Counted from the stretch's first letter, positions 8,661-18,913 are shown. The stretch is 64,000 nt of DNA from Ruminiclostridium sp. (GCA_051882195.1 JBJERI010000034.1:252-64251); one strand, 5' to 3'. Notes: generated from the sequence alone by a model not told the origin. A program made the numbers and translations.

Positions 8661-10343
8661 ATGTTAATGAAAGGCTCGGATATTATTGTTGAATGTCTGC
8701 TTGAACAGGGAGTAGACACCGTTTTTGGCTATCCCGGAGGAGCTGTCCTTGATATTTACGACAGCTTGTACAAATACAGCGACAGGCTTTCTCACGTCCT
8801 TACCGCCCACGAGCAGGGCGCAAGCCACGCCGCAGACGGCTACGCAAGAGCAACGGGCAAAACCGGCGTTGTAATCGCAACCTCAGGACCGGGCGCAACC
8901 AACCTTGTTACGGGCATTGCAACGGCTTATATGGACAGCATACCTATGGTTGCAATTACGGGAAATGTTTCCTGCCCGCTTCTTGGACTGGATTCATTTC
9001 AGGAGGTTGACATTACGGGAATAACTCTCCCAATTACCAAGCACAACTTTATTGTAAAGGACACCGCAAAGCTTGCGGACACAATAAGGCTTGCTTTCAG
9101 AATTGCGGAAAGCGGAAGAAAAGGCCCTGTGCTTATTGATATTCCAAAGGATATTACACAGAAATCCGCCGAATACGAGAGAAAGGAAAAAGAGCCTGCC
9201 TTTGAAACTCCTGCCGCCAACGAGCAGGATATTATGGAAGCGGTGGAAATGCTGGCAAACGCAAAGCGCCCCTATATTTACACAGGGGGCGGTATTATTT
9301 CCGCAGACGCCTGCAAGGAGCTTGCTGAATTTGCGGAATTGTTGGACGCTCCCGTTTCCTCGTCCCTTATGGGTCAGGGCTGCTTTGACCAGACAAACCC
9401 ACGTTATATCGGTATGCTTGGTATGCACGGCACAAAGGCTGCCGCAGAAACTATCAAAAACTGCGACCTGTTTATTGCCCTTGGCACAAGATTTTCCGAC
9501 CGTGTAACGGGCAATACCAAAACCTTTGCAAGCGACGCAAAAATACTTCAGATAGACATTGACAGCGCCGAAATGGGCAAAAACGTTGAGGCGCAAAAGG
9601 TAGTGGTCGGGGACGTAAAAGAAGTCCTTGGCAGAATAAACAAGCTGCTGCCAAAGCAGAATCACGCCGAATGGACGGCAAACAGCGAGAGAATGGCAAA
9701 GACGTTTACGGTTACAATGAAAGGCACAGAGGCTCTCCCTGTTACTCCCGATTATCTTATTGAAACACTGGACAGACTTACCGAGGGCAACGCAGTTATT
9801 GCAACAGAGGTAGGACAGAATCAGATGTGGGCGGCGCAGTATTACAAGTACCGCAATCCAAGAAGCTTTATTTCCTCGGGGGGACTTGGCACAATGGGCT
9901 ACGGTCTTGGTGCGGCAATGGGCGCAAAGGTAGGCTGCCCCCACAAGGTGGTTGTGAATATTGCAGGCGACGGCTCATTCCACATGAATCTCAACGAGCT
10001 TGTTACCGCCTCAAAGAGCAATATAAGAATTATCGAGCTTGTAATCAACAACGACGTGCTTGGTATGGTGCGCCAGTGGCAGAGATTGTTCTACTCCGAG
10101 CATTACTCCCACACAACTCTTGAACGCCCCACCGACTATGTAAAGCTTGGAGAGGCTTTCGGCATAAAGGCGCTGGTTATCGAAAAGAAAGAGGATGTTG
10201 AAAGAGTGCTTAAAGAGGCTCTTGAGGAAAGCAAGACCCGTCCTGTGCTGATTGAATGCAGGATTGACAAGGACATTAACGTTCTGCCTATGGTGCCTGC
10301 GGGAAAGAGCATAACAGAGCCTATTATGGCAATTGAGGTATAA
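8661..10343 (+). CDS. ilvB: Acetolactate synthase large subunit
   Basis: 560 aa ThDP enzyme (GYPGGAVLDIYD, GPGATNLVTG). AGGAGG SD upstream. Confidence 0.95.
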   Translation: MLMKGSDIIVECLLEQGVDTVFGYPGGAVLDIYDSLYKYSDRLSHVLTAHEQGASHAADGYARATGKTGVVIATSGPGATNLVTGIATAYMDSIPMVAITGNVSCPLLGLDSFQEVDITGITLPITKHNFIVKDTAKLADTIRLAFRIAESGRKGPVLIDIPKDITQKSAEYERKEKEPAFETPAANEQDIMEAVEMLANAKRPYIYTGGGIISADACKELAEFAELLDAPVSSSLMGQGCFDQTNPRYIGMLGMHGTKAAAETIKNCDLFIALGTRFSDRVTGNTKTFASDAKILQIDIDSAEMGKNVEAQKVVVGDVKEVLGRINKLLPKQNHAEWTANSERMAKTFTVTMKGTEALPVTPDYLIETLDRLTEGNAVIATEVGQNQMWAAQYYKYRNPRSFISSGGLGTMGYGLGAAMGAKVGCPHKVVVNIAGDGSFHMNLNELVTASKSNIRIIELVINNDVLGMVRQWQRLFYSEHYSHTTLERPTDYVKLGEAFGIKALVIEKKEDVERVLKEALEESKTRPVLIECRIDKDINVLPMVPAGKSITEPIMAIEV

Positions 10344-10356
10344 GCGGAGGAGCATA

Positions 10357-10827
10357 ATGAAGCAGTTTGTTTTATCAATACAGGTAGCCAACAATATAGG
10401 CGTTCTTACAAGGGTAACCAGCCTTGTAAGCCGCAGAGGGTACAATATAAAAAGCCTTAACGTAGGAGAAACCGAGGAAAACGGCTTTTCAAGAATAACA
10501 ATGGTGGTTGAGGGTGACGAAAGAACCGCTCATCAGATAGTAAATCAGCTTAATAAGCTGTACGACGTTTCCTTTGTCCGCATATTGGAGGACGCCGTTT
10601 GCAGAGAGCATATACTTATGAGAGTAGGCACAACTCCCGAGGACAGACAGGGCATTATTGAAATAACCAATCTGTTCAAGGCAAAGGCTGTTGATATAGG
10701 AGAAGCAAGCATGATGCTGGAGCTGACAGGCTCGCCAATAAAAATCGACAAGTTTATAAGCCTGCTTAAGCCATTCGGCATTATCAAAATCGTAAGAACA
10801 GGAATTTCCGCCCTTGAAAGGGATTAA
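10357..10827 (+). CDS. ilvN: Acetolactate synthase small (regulatory, ACT domain) subunit
   Basis: MKQFVLSIQVANNIGVLTRVTSLVSRRGYNIKSL. The ATG at 10357 follows a GGAGG SD. The track start at 10333 overlaps ilvB. Confidence 0.9.
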   Translation: MKQFVLSIQVANNIGVLTRVTSLVSRRGYNIKSLNVGETEENGFSRITMVVEGDERTAHQIVNQLNKLYDVSFVRILEDAVCREHILMRVGTTPEDRQGIIEITNLFKAKAVDIGEASMMLELTGSPIKIDKFISLLKPFGIIKIVRTGISALERD

Positions 10828-10965
10828 GGCAAAGGCTGTTTGGAAACTGGGAGAAAAGGTTTTTGGGGAATAAAGGGTAAAAACCCAAATTTCTCCTTGA
10901 CCGTAGGTTAATGGGGAGATATAATAAAAGTAATAATGAATAAATTTATTGAAAGGAATAAAGTT

Positions 10966-12222
10966 ATGGGTATGACAATGAGCCAGAAAATTCTGGCAAA
11001 ACACGCAGGACTGGACAGCGTTAAAGAGGGACAGCTGATAAAGGCAAAGCTGGATATGGTGCTGGGAAACGACATTACCAGCCCCGTTGCAATCAACGAG
11101 TTCAACAAGGCAGGCTTTACCTCTGTTTTCGACAGGGAGAAAATCTCTCTTGTAATGGACCACTTCACACCTAACAAGGACATCAAGGCGGCTACACAGT
11201 GCAAGCAGTGCCGTGATTTTGCAGGAAAGTACGACATACTCAACTACTATGACGTAGGCGATATGGGAATCGAGCACGCATTGCTCCCCGAAAAAGGACT
11301 TATTGCTCCCGGCGAGCTTTGTATCGGCGCAGACAGCCATACCTGTACATACGGCGCACTGGGCGCATTTTCAACAGGCGTTGGCTCAACGGATATGTGC
11401 GCAGGCATGGCAACAGGCGAGGCTTGGTTCAAGGTACCCGGCGCTATAAAGTTCAATCTGACAGGCAAGCTGGGCAAATACGTTTCGGGCAAGGACGTAA
11501 TTCTCCACATTATCGGTATGATAGGCGTTGACGGCGCATTGTACAAATCAATGGAATTTACCGGCGAGGGACTTAAGAGCCTTTCAATTGACGACCGTCT
11601 GACTATTGCAAATATGGCAATCGAGGCAGGCGCAAAGAACGGCATTTTCGAGGTTGACGAAATCACCCTTGACTATGTAAAGGACAGAGTAACCAGACCC
11701 TTTGAGTATTTCACGGCTGACGAGGACGCAGTTTATTCTCAGGTTATTGACATCGACCTTGGTGCAATCAAGCAGACTGTTGCTTTCCCACATCTGCCCG
11801 AAAACACAAAGACAATTGACGAAATCAAGGAGGATATTGCAATAGACCAGGTTGTAATCGGCTCCTGCACAAACGGCAGAATTTCCGATATGAGAATTGC
11901 CGCCGAAATCCTCAAGGGCAAGCACATTGCAAAGAACGTACGCTGCATTGTTATCCCCGGCACACAGAAGATTTACCTTGAATGTATCAAGGAGGGGCTT
12001 GCTGAAATTTTCGTTGAGGCAGGCTGCGTATTCTCAACACCAACCTGCGGTCCTTGTCTTGGCGGTCACATGGGTATTCTTGCCGCAGGAGAAAGAGCCG
12101 TTTCCACCACAAACAGAAACTTTGTGGGCAGAATGGGTCACGTTGACAGCGAAATTTACCTTGCAAGCCCCGCTGTTGCGGCAGCAAGCGCCATTGCAGG
12201 CAAAATTGCAGGCATTGAGTAA
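10966..12222 (+). CDS. leuC: 3-isopropylmalate dehydratase large subunit
   Basis: Aconitase-family sequence [15 protein letters not shown]... with CTNGR and CGPCLG cluster ligand motifs. The start at 10966 follows a GAAAGGA SD. Confidence 0.93.
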   Translation: MGMTMSQKILAKHAGLDSVKEGQLIKAKLDMVLGNDITSPVAINEFNKAGFTSVFDREKISLVMDHFTPNKDIKAATQCKQCRDFAGKYDILNYYDVGDMGIEHALLPEKGLIAPGELCIGADSHTCTYGALGAFSTGVGSTDMCAGMATGEAWFKVPGAIKFNLTGKLGKYVSGKDVILHIIGMIGVDGALYKSMEFTGEGLKSLSIDDRLTIANMAIEAGAKNGIFEVDEITLDYVKDRVTRPFEYFTADEDAVYSQVIDIDLGAIKQTVAFPHLPENTKTIDEIKEDIAIDQVVIGSCTNGRISDMRIAAEILKGKHIAKNVRCIVIPGTQKIYLECIKEGLAEIFVEAGCVFSTPTCGPCLGGHMGILAAGERAVSTTNRNFVGRMGHVDSEIYLASPAVAAASAIAGKIAGIE

Positions 12223-12231
12223 GGAGCGGCA

Positions 12232-12534
12232 ATGGTAAAGCACATTATTATATGGAATTTAAAGCCCGAAATGACTGCTGACGAAAAGAAAGCCCAATGT
12301 GCAAAAATCAAGGCGGGTCTTGAGAGCTTAAAGGGCAAAATCGAGGGGCTTACCGAAATAAAGGTTGTAACAGATTTGCTTGGCTCGTCCAACGGCGACT
12401 TAATGCTTGACAGCACCTTTGAATCGGCGGAAGCCCTTAAAGCCTACGCAGTTCACCCCGAACATCTTAAAGTGGCGGACGGAATGGTAAGACCCTTTAC
12501 CGCCGAGAGAAAATGCGTGGATTTCGAGATATAA
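12232..12534 (+). CDS. Dabb (stress-responsive dimeric alpha/beta barrel) family protein
   Basis: 100 aa: MVKHIIIWNLKPE...LMLDSTFESAEALKAYAVHPEHLKV, typical of the Dabb family. It sits between leuC and leuD with gaps of 9 and 19 nt. Confidence 0.8.
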   Translation: MVKHIIIWNLKPEMTADEKKAQCAKIKAGLESLKGKIEGLTEIKVVTDLLGSSNGDLMLDSTFESAEALKAYAVHPEHLKVADGMVRPFTAERKCVDFEI

Positions 12535-12553
12535 TCAACAGGAGGAAACATAA

Positions 12554-13036
12554 ATGAACGCACACGGCATTGTACATAAGTTCGGCGACAATATCGACAC
12601 CGATGTAATTATTCCTGCAAGATACCTTAACACAGCCGACCATAAGGAGCTTGCGTCCCACTGTATGGAGGACATTGACAAGGAGTTTGTAAACAAGGTA
12701 AAGGACGGCGACATTATGGTTGGCGAAGCCAATTTCGGCTGCGGCAGCTCCCGTGAGCACGCCCCTATCGCAATTAAGGCAAGCGGCATTTCCTGCGTAA
12801 TCGCCAGCACCTTTGCAAGAATTTTCTACCGCAACGCAATCAATATCGGTCTTGCTATTCTTGAATGTCCCGAGGCCGCAAAGGATATTGACCAGGGCAA
12901 CGAGGTTGAGGTTGATTTCGACACAGGAATTATCACCAACATTACCAAGGGCAGAAAATATCAGGCAGAGCCTTTCCCTGATTTTATCAAGGAAATCATC
13001 AACAAGGGCGGTCTGCTGAACTCTCTTAAGAAGTAA
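12554..13036 (+). CDS. leuD: 3-isopropylmalate dehydratase small subunit
   Basis: 160 aa with [15 protein letters not shown] and [12 protein letters not shown] motifs. Confidence 0.93.
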   Translation: MNAHGIVHKFGDNIDTDVIIPARYLNTADHKELASHCMEDIDKEFVNKVKDGDIMVGEANFGCGSSREHAPIAIKASGISCVIASTFARIFYRNAINIGLAILECPEAAKDIDQGNEVEVDFDTGIITNITKGRKYQAEPFPDFIKEIINKGGLLNSLKK

Positions 13037-13050
13037 GAAAGGATAAAACA

Positions 13051-14121
13051 ATGACAAAGAATATTGCTGTAATCAAGGGCGACGGAATAGGCCCCGAAAT
13101 TGTCACCGAGGCAATGAAGGTGCTTGACAAGGTAGCTGAAAAATTCGGCCATACCTTCAACTACACCGAGGTTTTAATGGGCGGCTGCGCCATTGACGCA
13201 ACAGGCGAGCCGCTCCCAAAGGAAACGGTTGATATCTGCTTAAAGAGCGACTCCGTACTGCTTGGCGCAGTAGGCGGCCCGAAATGGGATAAGGGCGAGG
13301 GCAAGGCAAGACCGGAAGCGGGACTTCTTGGAATCCGCTCCGCACTTAAGCTTTTCGCAAACATCAGACCTGCAAAGCTGCTTAAGCCCCTTGCAGACGC
13401 CTGCCCCCTCAAAGAGGAAATCACAAACAAGGGTCTTGACCTTGTAATCGTCCGTGAGCTTATCGGCGGCGCTTATTTCGGCGCAAGAAAAACAGGCATT
13501 GAGGACGGACACAAAACCGCCCACGACGATATGAAGTACAGCGACTACGAAATCGAGCGTATCTGCCGTGTTGCATTCGATATGGCAAGAAAGCGCAGAG
13601 GCAAGGTAACAAGCGTTGACAAGGCAAACGTTCTTGACAGCTCACGTCTGTGGAGAGAAATTTCCCACAAGATTGCCGCTGAAAACCCCGACATTGAGTT
13701 TTCCGATATGCTGGTTGACAACACCGCAATGCAGCTTGTTCACAATCCTGCACAGTTTGACGTTATTGTAACGGAAAACCTGTTCGGCGACATTCTTTCC
13801 GATGAAGCAAGTATGATAACAGGCTCTCTCGGCATGATTCCGTCAGCAAGCCTTGGCGAAACAAGCCTTGGCTTATTCGAGCCCTGCCACGGCTCTGCTC
13901 CCGACATTGCAGGACAGGATAAGGCAAATCCTATTGCCACAATTCTCTCCGCAGCAATGATGCTGAGATATTCTTTCGATATGGCAAAGGAAGCTGACGC
14001 AATCGAAGCGGCAGTTGACAAGGTGCTGGAGGACGGTTACAGAACAGGCGACATTATGAGCGAGGGTATGAAGCAGGTTGGCTGCAAGGAAATGGGTACG
14101 CTTATTGCTGAAAGAGTCTGA
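13051..14121 (+). CDS. leuB: 3-isopropylmalate dehydrogenase
   Basis: 356 aa with IAVIKGDGIGPEI and NLFGDILSDEASMITGSLGM motifs. Confidence 0.95.
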   Translation: MTKNIAVIKGDGIGPEIVTEAMKVLDKVAEKFGHTFNYTEVLMGGCAIDATGEPLPKETVDICLKSDSVLLGAVGGPKWDKGEGKARPEAGLLGIRSALKLFANIRPAKLLKPLADACPLKEEITNKGLDLVIVRELIGGAYFGARKTGIEDGHKTAHDDMKYSDYEIERICRVAFDMARKRRGKVTSVDKANVLDSSRLWREISHKIAAENPDIEFSDMLVDNTAMQLVHNPAQFDVIVTENLFGDILSDEASMITGSLGMIPSASLGETSLGLFEPCHGSAPDIAGQDKANPIATILSAAMMLRYSFDMAKEADAIEAAVDKVLEDGYRTGDIMSEGMKQVGCKEMGTLIAERV

Positions 14122-14132
14122 CGAAACTGTAA

Positions 14133-14153
14133 GGGGGCGTTGCCCCCTTTTTT
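14133..14153 (+). terminator. Intrinsic terminator after leuB
   Basis: GGGGGC-gtt-GCCCCC followed by TTTTTT, 12 nt after the leuB stop. Confidence 0.8.
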
Positions 14154-14209
14154 GTTTACTCGCCTTTCGCCCATAGCGAGGGAAAATCAAAAGGGGGCGA
14201 GCAGCCCCC
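14133..14209. repeat. Solo arm module of the GGGGGC-N5-GCCCCC hairpin-chain repeat family
   Basis: Hairpin 14133-14147, then ...CATAGCGAGGGAAAATCAAAA, then hairpin GGGGGCGAGCAGCCCCC (14193-14209). It is collinear with the right arm end at 31555-31609. Confidence 0.7.
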
Positions 14210-14286
14210 AAAATTCACAAAACCTATTGCAAATCCCACAGGAATATGCTATACTTAAATAAATAAAACCAAACGGAGGAATTACT

Positions 14287-14430
14287 ATGAAGCACATTAC
14301 AACTGTAAATAAGGCAAACTTAAAGGAAACTGCTGCCAAGGGCGGCTGCGGCAAGTGCCAGACTTCCTGCCAGTCTGCCTGCAAGACTTCCTGCACAGTA
14401 GCAAACCAGAAGTGCGAAGCTGACAAGTAA
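14287..14430 (+). CDS. SCIFF six-cysteine RiPP precursor peptide (ranthipeptide family), 47 aa. It is absent from the ORF track.
   Basis: GGAGG SD, then ATG. Translation: MKHITTVNKANLKETAAKGGCGKCQTSCQSACKTSCTVANQKCEADK. It contains the hallmark GGCG.CQTSCQSACKTSCTV core with 6 Cys and lies directly upstream of a radical SAM/SPASM enzyme. Confidence 0.9.
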   Translation: MKHITTVNKANLKETAAKGGCGKCQTSCQSACKTSCTVANQKCEADK

Positions 14431-14471
14431 GCCTGCACGGGTTTACCTTTAATAATCGGCAAATCAAAGCA

Positions 14472-14508
14472 AGGGCGGAAGTTGTCTGAACTCCGCCCTG
14501 TACTTTTG
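14472..14508 (+). terminator. Stem-loop between precursor and maturase, possibly a partial terminator or attenuator
   Basis: GGGCGGA-N12-TCCGCCC followed by a weak T tract (gtacTTTTg). This arrangement is common between RiPP precursor and modifying genes. Confidence 0.45.
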
Positions 14509-14585
14509 CTGAATGATATGCCGGAAACGGCTGCCAATAAGTAATAATTAAGTTAAATTATACAAAAAGTAAAGAGGATAAAGGA

Positions 14586-15974
14586 ATGGATAAAAGAATA
14601 CACAAATACAAGCAGGGCGAGCATTACATTGTTCTTGACGTAAACAGCGGCGGCGTGCATATTGTGGACAAAATCGTCTATGATATGCTTGACTTTGTTT
14701 CTGCGCCAATGGCGGAGGAAATGCCTGCTGATTTATGCGAAAAAATGAGCGGATACGACAAGGCGGAGGTTGAGGAGTGCTATTCGGAGCTGCTGGAGCT
14801 TTACAAGGCGAAAATGCTTTTCACCGAGGACGAGTACAAAAAATACGCCGATATGACCCTTAATGCGCCTATAAAGGCAATGTGCCTCCACGTTTCCCAC
14901 GACTGCAATCTGCGCTGCGAGTACTGCTTTGCGGAAACGGGAGATTTTGGCACGGGCAGAAAAATTATGCCTGTTGAGGTGGGAAAAAAGGCAATTGATT
15001 TCCTTATAGAAAAGTCGGTTGGCAGAGAAAACCTTGAGCTTGACTTTTTCGGCGGCGAGCCTTTAATGGCGTGGGATACCGTTGTTGAAACGGTGAAGTA
15101 CGCAAGAAGCGTCGAAAAGCAGCACGGCAAGAATTTCCGCTTTACAATCACCACAAACGGAATGCTCCTTGACGACGAGAAAATCGACTACATAAACAGA
15201 GAAATGTCCAACTGCGTTTTAAGCCTTGACGGACGCAAGGAGGTAAACGACAGGATACGCTACACTCCCAATCACAAGGGCTGCTACGATATAATTATGC
15301 CAAAGTACAAAAAGCTTGTGGCAGGCAGAAAAAACGAGGAAAGAACCGATTATTACGTCCGCGGCACTTTCACAAAGTATAATCTTGATTTTGCCAACGA
15401 CGTGCTGCACATTGCGGAGGAGGGCTTCGACCAGTTAAGCGTTGAGCCTGTGGTTACCGATCCGAAATTGCCTTATGCCCTTACGGAAGCAGATTTGCCT
15501 GCAATTTTCGCCGAATACGACCGCCTTTTCGACATTATGGCAAAGGGCGACAAAAAGTTCAACTTCTTCCATTTTATGATAGATTTGCAGCAGGGCCCCT
15601 GTGCAATTAAGCGTTTAAGAGGCTGCGGCTGCGGCAACGAATATGTTGCGGTAACGCCCGACGGCGATATTTATCCCTGTCACCAGTTTGTCGGTATGGA
15701 GGACTGGAAAATGGGCAACATATTTGAGGGTACTGTTAATAAGGAAATCAAGGATTATTTCGCAAAAACCCACATTTATTCAAAGCAGGGCTGCTCGGAA
15801 TGCTGGGCAAGATTTTACTGCTCCGGCGGCTGCAACGCAAACTCCTTCCAGTACGAGGGTGACGTGCAGAAGCCAAACAAGCTTGCCTGCGAAATGCAGA
15901 AAAAGCGTATCGAATGTGGAATCGCCCTTAATGCGCTGAAGCTGCAGAGGAAAAATAAAGAAAATCAACAATAA
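14586..15974 (+). CDS. SCIFF radical SAM maturase (thioether-forming, SPASM domain)
   Basis: 462 aa with CNLRCEYCF (CxxxCxxC) and a C-terminal SPASM Cys cluster (CGCGNEY, CSECWARFYCSGGCNANS). It is adjacent to the SCIFF peptide. Confidence 0.92.
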   Translation: MDKRIHKYKQGEHYIVLDVNSGGVHIVDKIVYDMLDFVSAPMAEEMPADLCEKMSGYDKAEVEECYSELLELYKAKMLFTEDEYKKYADMTLNAPIKAMCLHVSHDCNLRCEYCFAETGDFGTGRKIMPVEVGKKAIDFLIEKSVGRENLELDFFGGEPLMAWDTVVETVKYARSVEKQHGKNFRFTITTNGMLLDDEKIDYINREMSNCVLSLDGRKEVNDRIRYTPNHKGCYDIIMPKYKKLVAGRKNEERTDYYVRGTFTKYNLDFANDVLHIAEEGFDQLSVEPVVTDPKLPYALTEADLPAIFAEYDRLFDIMAKGDKKFNFFHFMIDLQQGPCAIKRLRGCGCGNEYVAVTPDGDIYPCHQFVGMEDWKMGNIFEGTVNKEIKDYFAKTHIYSKQGCSECWARFYCSGGCNANSFQYEGDVQKPNKLACEMQKKRIECGIALNALKLQRKNKENQQ

Positions 15975-16085
15975 TTTTTAAAGAAATCTCCTAAATAATA
16001 TCACGTTTTTTTCACAAAGCAAAATTATAATGTAACCATAGTAAACGAAAGGCACTGCCTTAACATAGAAAGGAAGTCATTCATC

Positions 16086-17393
16086 ATGGATTACAACAAC
16101 AACGAATATAACTTCACAACACAGAATACACAGCCCGTACAGCCAAAGAAAAAGGGCAGCTTTAAAAAGGTACTGGCAGGAGTGCTGGCGGTTGCAATAA
16201 TCGGCGGCGGCGCAGGCTTCGGCGGCGCTTATCTTGCAGGCAGCCTTGTAAACAGCACAAACGCTGTTTCACAGAGCGCTGACACCTCTGCGGTAACGAC
16301 CACACAGCCTGCACCTGCGGATTTATCCTCCCTTGCAAATACGGAGCAGAAGAAAACCACCGATGAGCTTTCAGCAAGCGAGCTTTACAAAGCGGTTGAG
16401 CAGTCCATCGTCAAGGTAAGCAATTATCAGAAGGTAAGCACCACAAGCACCTCGGGCAGCGGCAGCATTTACGATTATTTCTTCGGCGGCGGATATGGCA
16501 GCAAAAAGGAAACTGAACCTTCAATCCAGCTTTACGGCACCGGCTCGGGCGTTATTTTCACAACCGACGGCTATGTTATCACCAACTACCACGTTATTCA
16601 GAATGCGGCGAAAATTTCCGTAACCGTTACCGACTCGGTAACAGGTGCGGAGGGCGTTGAAATGGAAGCGGAGGTTATCGGCAGCGACAGCTCAACCGAC
16701 CTTGCAGTGCTTAAAATTACCCGTGACGAGGCATTCGTTGCAGCGCCAATCGGCGATTCCTCCTCCCTTGAAATAGGTCAGACCGTATGTGCAATCGGCA
16801 ATCCCTCAGGTCTTGACAAGACAATCACTATGGGCATTATTTCGGGACTTAACCGTCATTATTCCAGCGCAGAGGGCTATGAGTTAAGCTCAATCCAGAC
16901 AGATACAGCCATTAACCCCGGCAACTCGGGCGGCGGTCTTTTCGATATGTACGGCAACGTTGTGGGTATTGTAAACGCTAAGATAGTTTCTGAATATACC
17001 GAAAGCTTAGGCTTCGCAATCACAATTGACGAAGCAAAGCCAATAATCAACGACCTTATCAACTTCGGCTATGTAACGGGCAGACCTGTTCTTGGCGTTA
17101 CAACAGTTCAGCTTAACGAATACACAGCCTATCTTTACGGCTACAGCACAACGGGACTGCTTATCACTTCCATTAACGAGGGCGCTCCCGTTGAAAAGTC
17201 GGGACTTCGCCTTGGTGACATTATCACACAGATCAACGGCACTGACGTTACCACAGTTTCCGACGTTCAGGCTATAATCAAGAGCATGAAGGCAGGAGAT
17301 ACGGTTGAGGCAACGGTTGTAAGACAAAGCGAGGATTCTTCAAGAACACAGACCCTTAAAATTACAATCGAGCTTACCGAAAACAGAGGCTGA
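16086..17393 (+). CDS. htrA: HtrA/DegP-family membrane-anchored serine protease with a PDZ domain
   Basis: 435 aa with an N-terminal TM anchor. Catalytic triad contexts are TNYHVI, DLAVLKI and GNSGGGLF. The C-terminal region is PDZ-like. Confidence 0.9.
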   Translation: MDYNNNEYNFTTQNTQPVQPKKKGSFKKVLAGVLAVAIIGGGAGFGGAYLAGSLVNSTNAVSQSADTSAVTTTQPAPADLSSLANTEQKKTTDELSASELYKAVEQSIVKVSNYQKVSTTSTSGSGSIYDYFFGGGYGSKKETEPSIQLYGTGSGVIFTTDGYVITNYHVIQNAAKISVTVTDSVTGAEGVEMEAEVIGSDSSTDLAVLKITRDEAFVAAPIGDSSSLEIGQTVCAIGNPSGLDKTITMGIISGLNRHYSSAEGYELSSIQTDTAINPGNSGGGLFDMYGNVVGIVNAKIVSEYTESLGFAITIDEAKPIINDLINFGYVTGRPVLGVTTVQLNEYTAYLYGYSTTGLLITSINEGAPVEKSGLRLGDIITQINGTDVTTVSDVQAIIKSMKAGDTVEATVVRQSEDSSRTQTLKITIELTENRG

Positions 17394-17484
17394 TGTACGA
17401 AAGGCGAACAGATTTTTCCCGATAAAAGGGGCAATTTCGGTGGGATTGCCCAAAGGCGGCTGCGCCTTAAGCATAAATAATACA

Positions 17485-17520
17485 AGCCGTAAAACCTTAC
17501 CCGGTTTTACGGCTTTGCTT
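17485..17520. terminator. Hairpin terminator between convergent htrA and folA
   Basis: AGCCGTAAAACC-ttacc-GGTTTTACGGCT (12-bp stem) followed by TTTGCTTGTT. Confidence 0.7.
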
Positions 17521-17553
17521 GTTAAAAAATCATATTAAATTACGTTAGGCTGA

Positions 17554-18048
17554 TTAGATACTTTTCACATTCCTATTCACATAATCCACAAACTGTATGT
17601 TAAATCCGTTTGTTTCGGTAATCTCCGACCTTTCGGCTATTTCCCAGTCCTTATCCTCATCAAGATTTGGGAAAAAGGTATCCGCCTCAAAATCATGGAG
17701 CACTCTTGTAACCACCGCCTTTTCGCAGTAGGGCAGCAGCTCCTTATAAACCATTCCGCCGCCGCAGACGTAAATTTCCTCCTTGCACTCCTTTGCAAAG
17801 ACGAGAAAAGCGTCAACGCTTTCAAAGCACCTTACCTCGGGATAAAGGCTGGGCTTTGAGGTTATAACAAGGTTTACTCTGTCGGGGAGAGGGCGTTTGG
17901 GGAAGCTCATATAGGTTTTGCTGCCCATAACGATTGTGTTTCCGGTGGTAATTTCACGGAATCTTTTCATATCGGCAGGAAGCCTTGCAAGGAGGTTATT
18001 GTCCTTGCCTATTCCCCATTTATTGTCGGCGGCAACTATGATTTTCAT
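17554..18048 (-). CDS. folA: Dihydrofolate reductase
   Basis: MKIIVAADNKWGIGKDNNLLARLPADMKRFREIT. The ATG at 18048 follows an AAAGGA SD. The track start at 18063 is a TTG abutting the thyA stop. Confidence 0.9.
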   Translation of the reverse strand: MKIIVAADNKWGIGKDNNLLARLPADMKRFREITTGNTIVMGSKTYMSFPKRPLPDRVNLVITSKPSLYPEVRCFESVDAFLVFAKECKEEIYVCGGGMVYKELLPYCEKAVVTRVLHDFEADTFFPNLDEDKDWEIAERSEITETNGFNIQFVDYVNRNVKSI

Positions 18049-18063
18049 TGTGAGTCCTTTCAA

Positions 18064-18891
18064 TCAAATAGCAACGGGAATTTTCTCGCTGAACTCGTGG
18101 TACTTGTAATTTTCAAGGGTAAAGCTGTTTTTGGTGAACTTGTAGAAGTCGGTTATATCCTCCACCACCATTTTCGGCGCAGGATAAGGCTCTTTTTCGA
18201 TAAGCCGCTTTACAATTTCAATGTGCCTGTCGTAAATATGAGCGTCTGCAACAACGTGGACAAGCTCTCCTGCCTCAAGTCCGCTTGCCTTGGCAAACAT
18301 AATCAGCAGTGCGGCGTACTGGCACACATTCCAGTTATTTGCGGTAAGCATATCCTGTGAGCGCTGGTTAAGTATGGCGTTGAGCTTGTTGCCCGATACG
18401 TTGAAGGTCATTGAGTAGGCGCAGGGCGCAAGACCCATTTCCGACAAATCGTGATGATTGTAGGTATTGGTCATAATGCGGCGGCTGGCAGGATTGTTCT
18501 TTAAATCATACAGCACCCGGTCAACCTGGTCGAACATTCCCTCGGGGTACTTGTGCTTTACTCCAAGCTGATAGCCGTAAGCCTTGCCTATTGTATGGTT
18601 TTCGTCCGCCCATGCGTCCCATATATGGGTGGAAAGCTTGCGGACATCGTTGGACTTCTGCTGATAAATCCACAGTATTTCCTCGATTGCGGAGCGGTAA
18701 TAAACTCTGCGGAGGGTCATTACGGGAAATTCCTCCTGAAGATTATAGCGGTTTATCATACCGAACTTTTTCACCGTATGAGCAGGAGTGCCGTCCTCCC
18801 ATTTTGGTCTTACATTAAGGTCGGTGTCCCATACGCCGTTTTCGATTATATCTCTGCAATTCTCAATAAAAAGCTTGTCAGCAATACTCAT
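18064..18891 (-). CDS. thyA: Thymidylate synthase (ThyA)
   Basis: 275 aa from MSIADKLF. It is ThyA-like throughout and has an active-site Cys context (GLAPCAYSMTF). Confidence 0.93.
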   Translation of the reverse strand: MSIADKLFIENCRDIIENGVWDTDLNVRPKWEDGTPAHTVKKFGMINRYNLQEEFPVMTLRRVYYRSAIEEILWIYQQKSNDVRKLSTHIWDAWADENHTIGKAYGYQLGVKHKYPEGMFDQVDRVLYDLKNNPASRRIMTNTYNHHDLSEMGLAPCAYSMTFNVSGNKLNAILNQRSQDMLTANNWNVCQYAALLIMFAKASGLEAGELVHVVADAHIYDRHIEIVKRLIEKEPYPAPKMVVEDITDFYKFTKNSFTLENYKYHEFSEKIPVAI

Positions 18892-18913
18892 GGCTTTTCC
18901 TTTCATGGGTTTC

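Noticed and set aside
14586-17393. Idea that HtrA (16086-17393) is the dedicated leader peptidase of the SCIFF system
   Set aside because: There is a 111-nt gap, HtrA is a ubiquitous housekeeping protease, and SCIFF loci are generally two-gene units. Adjacency alone is not evidence. The idea is mentioned only as speculation.
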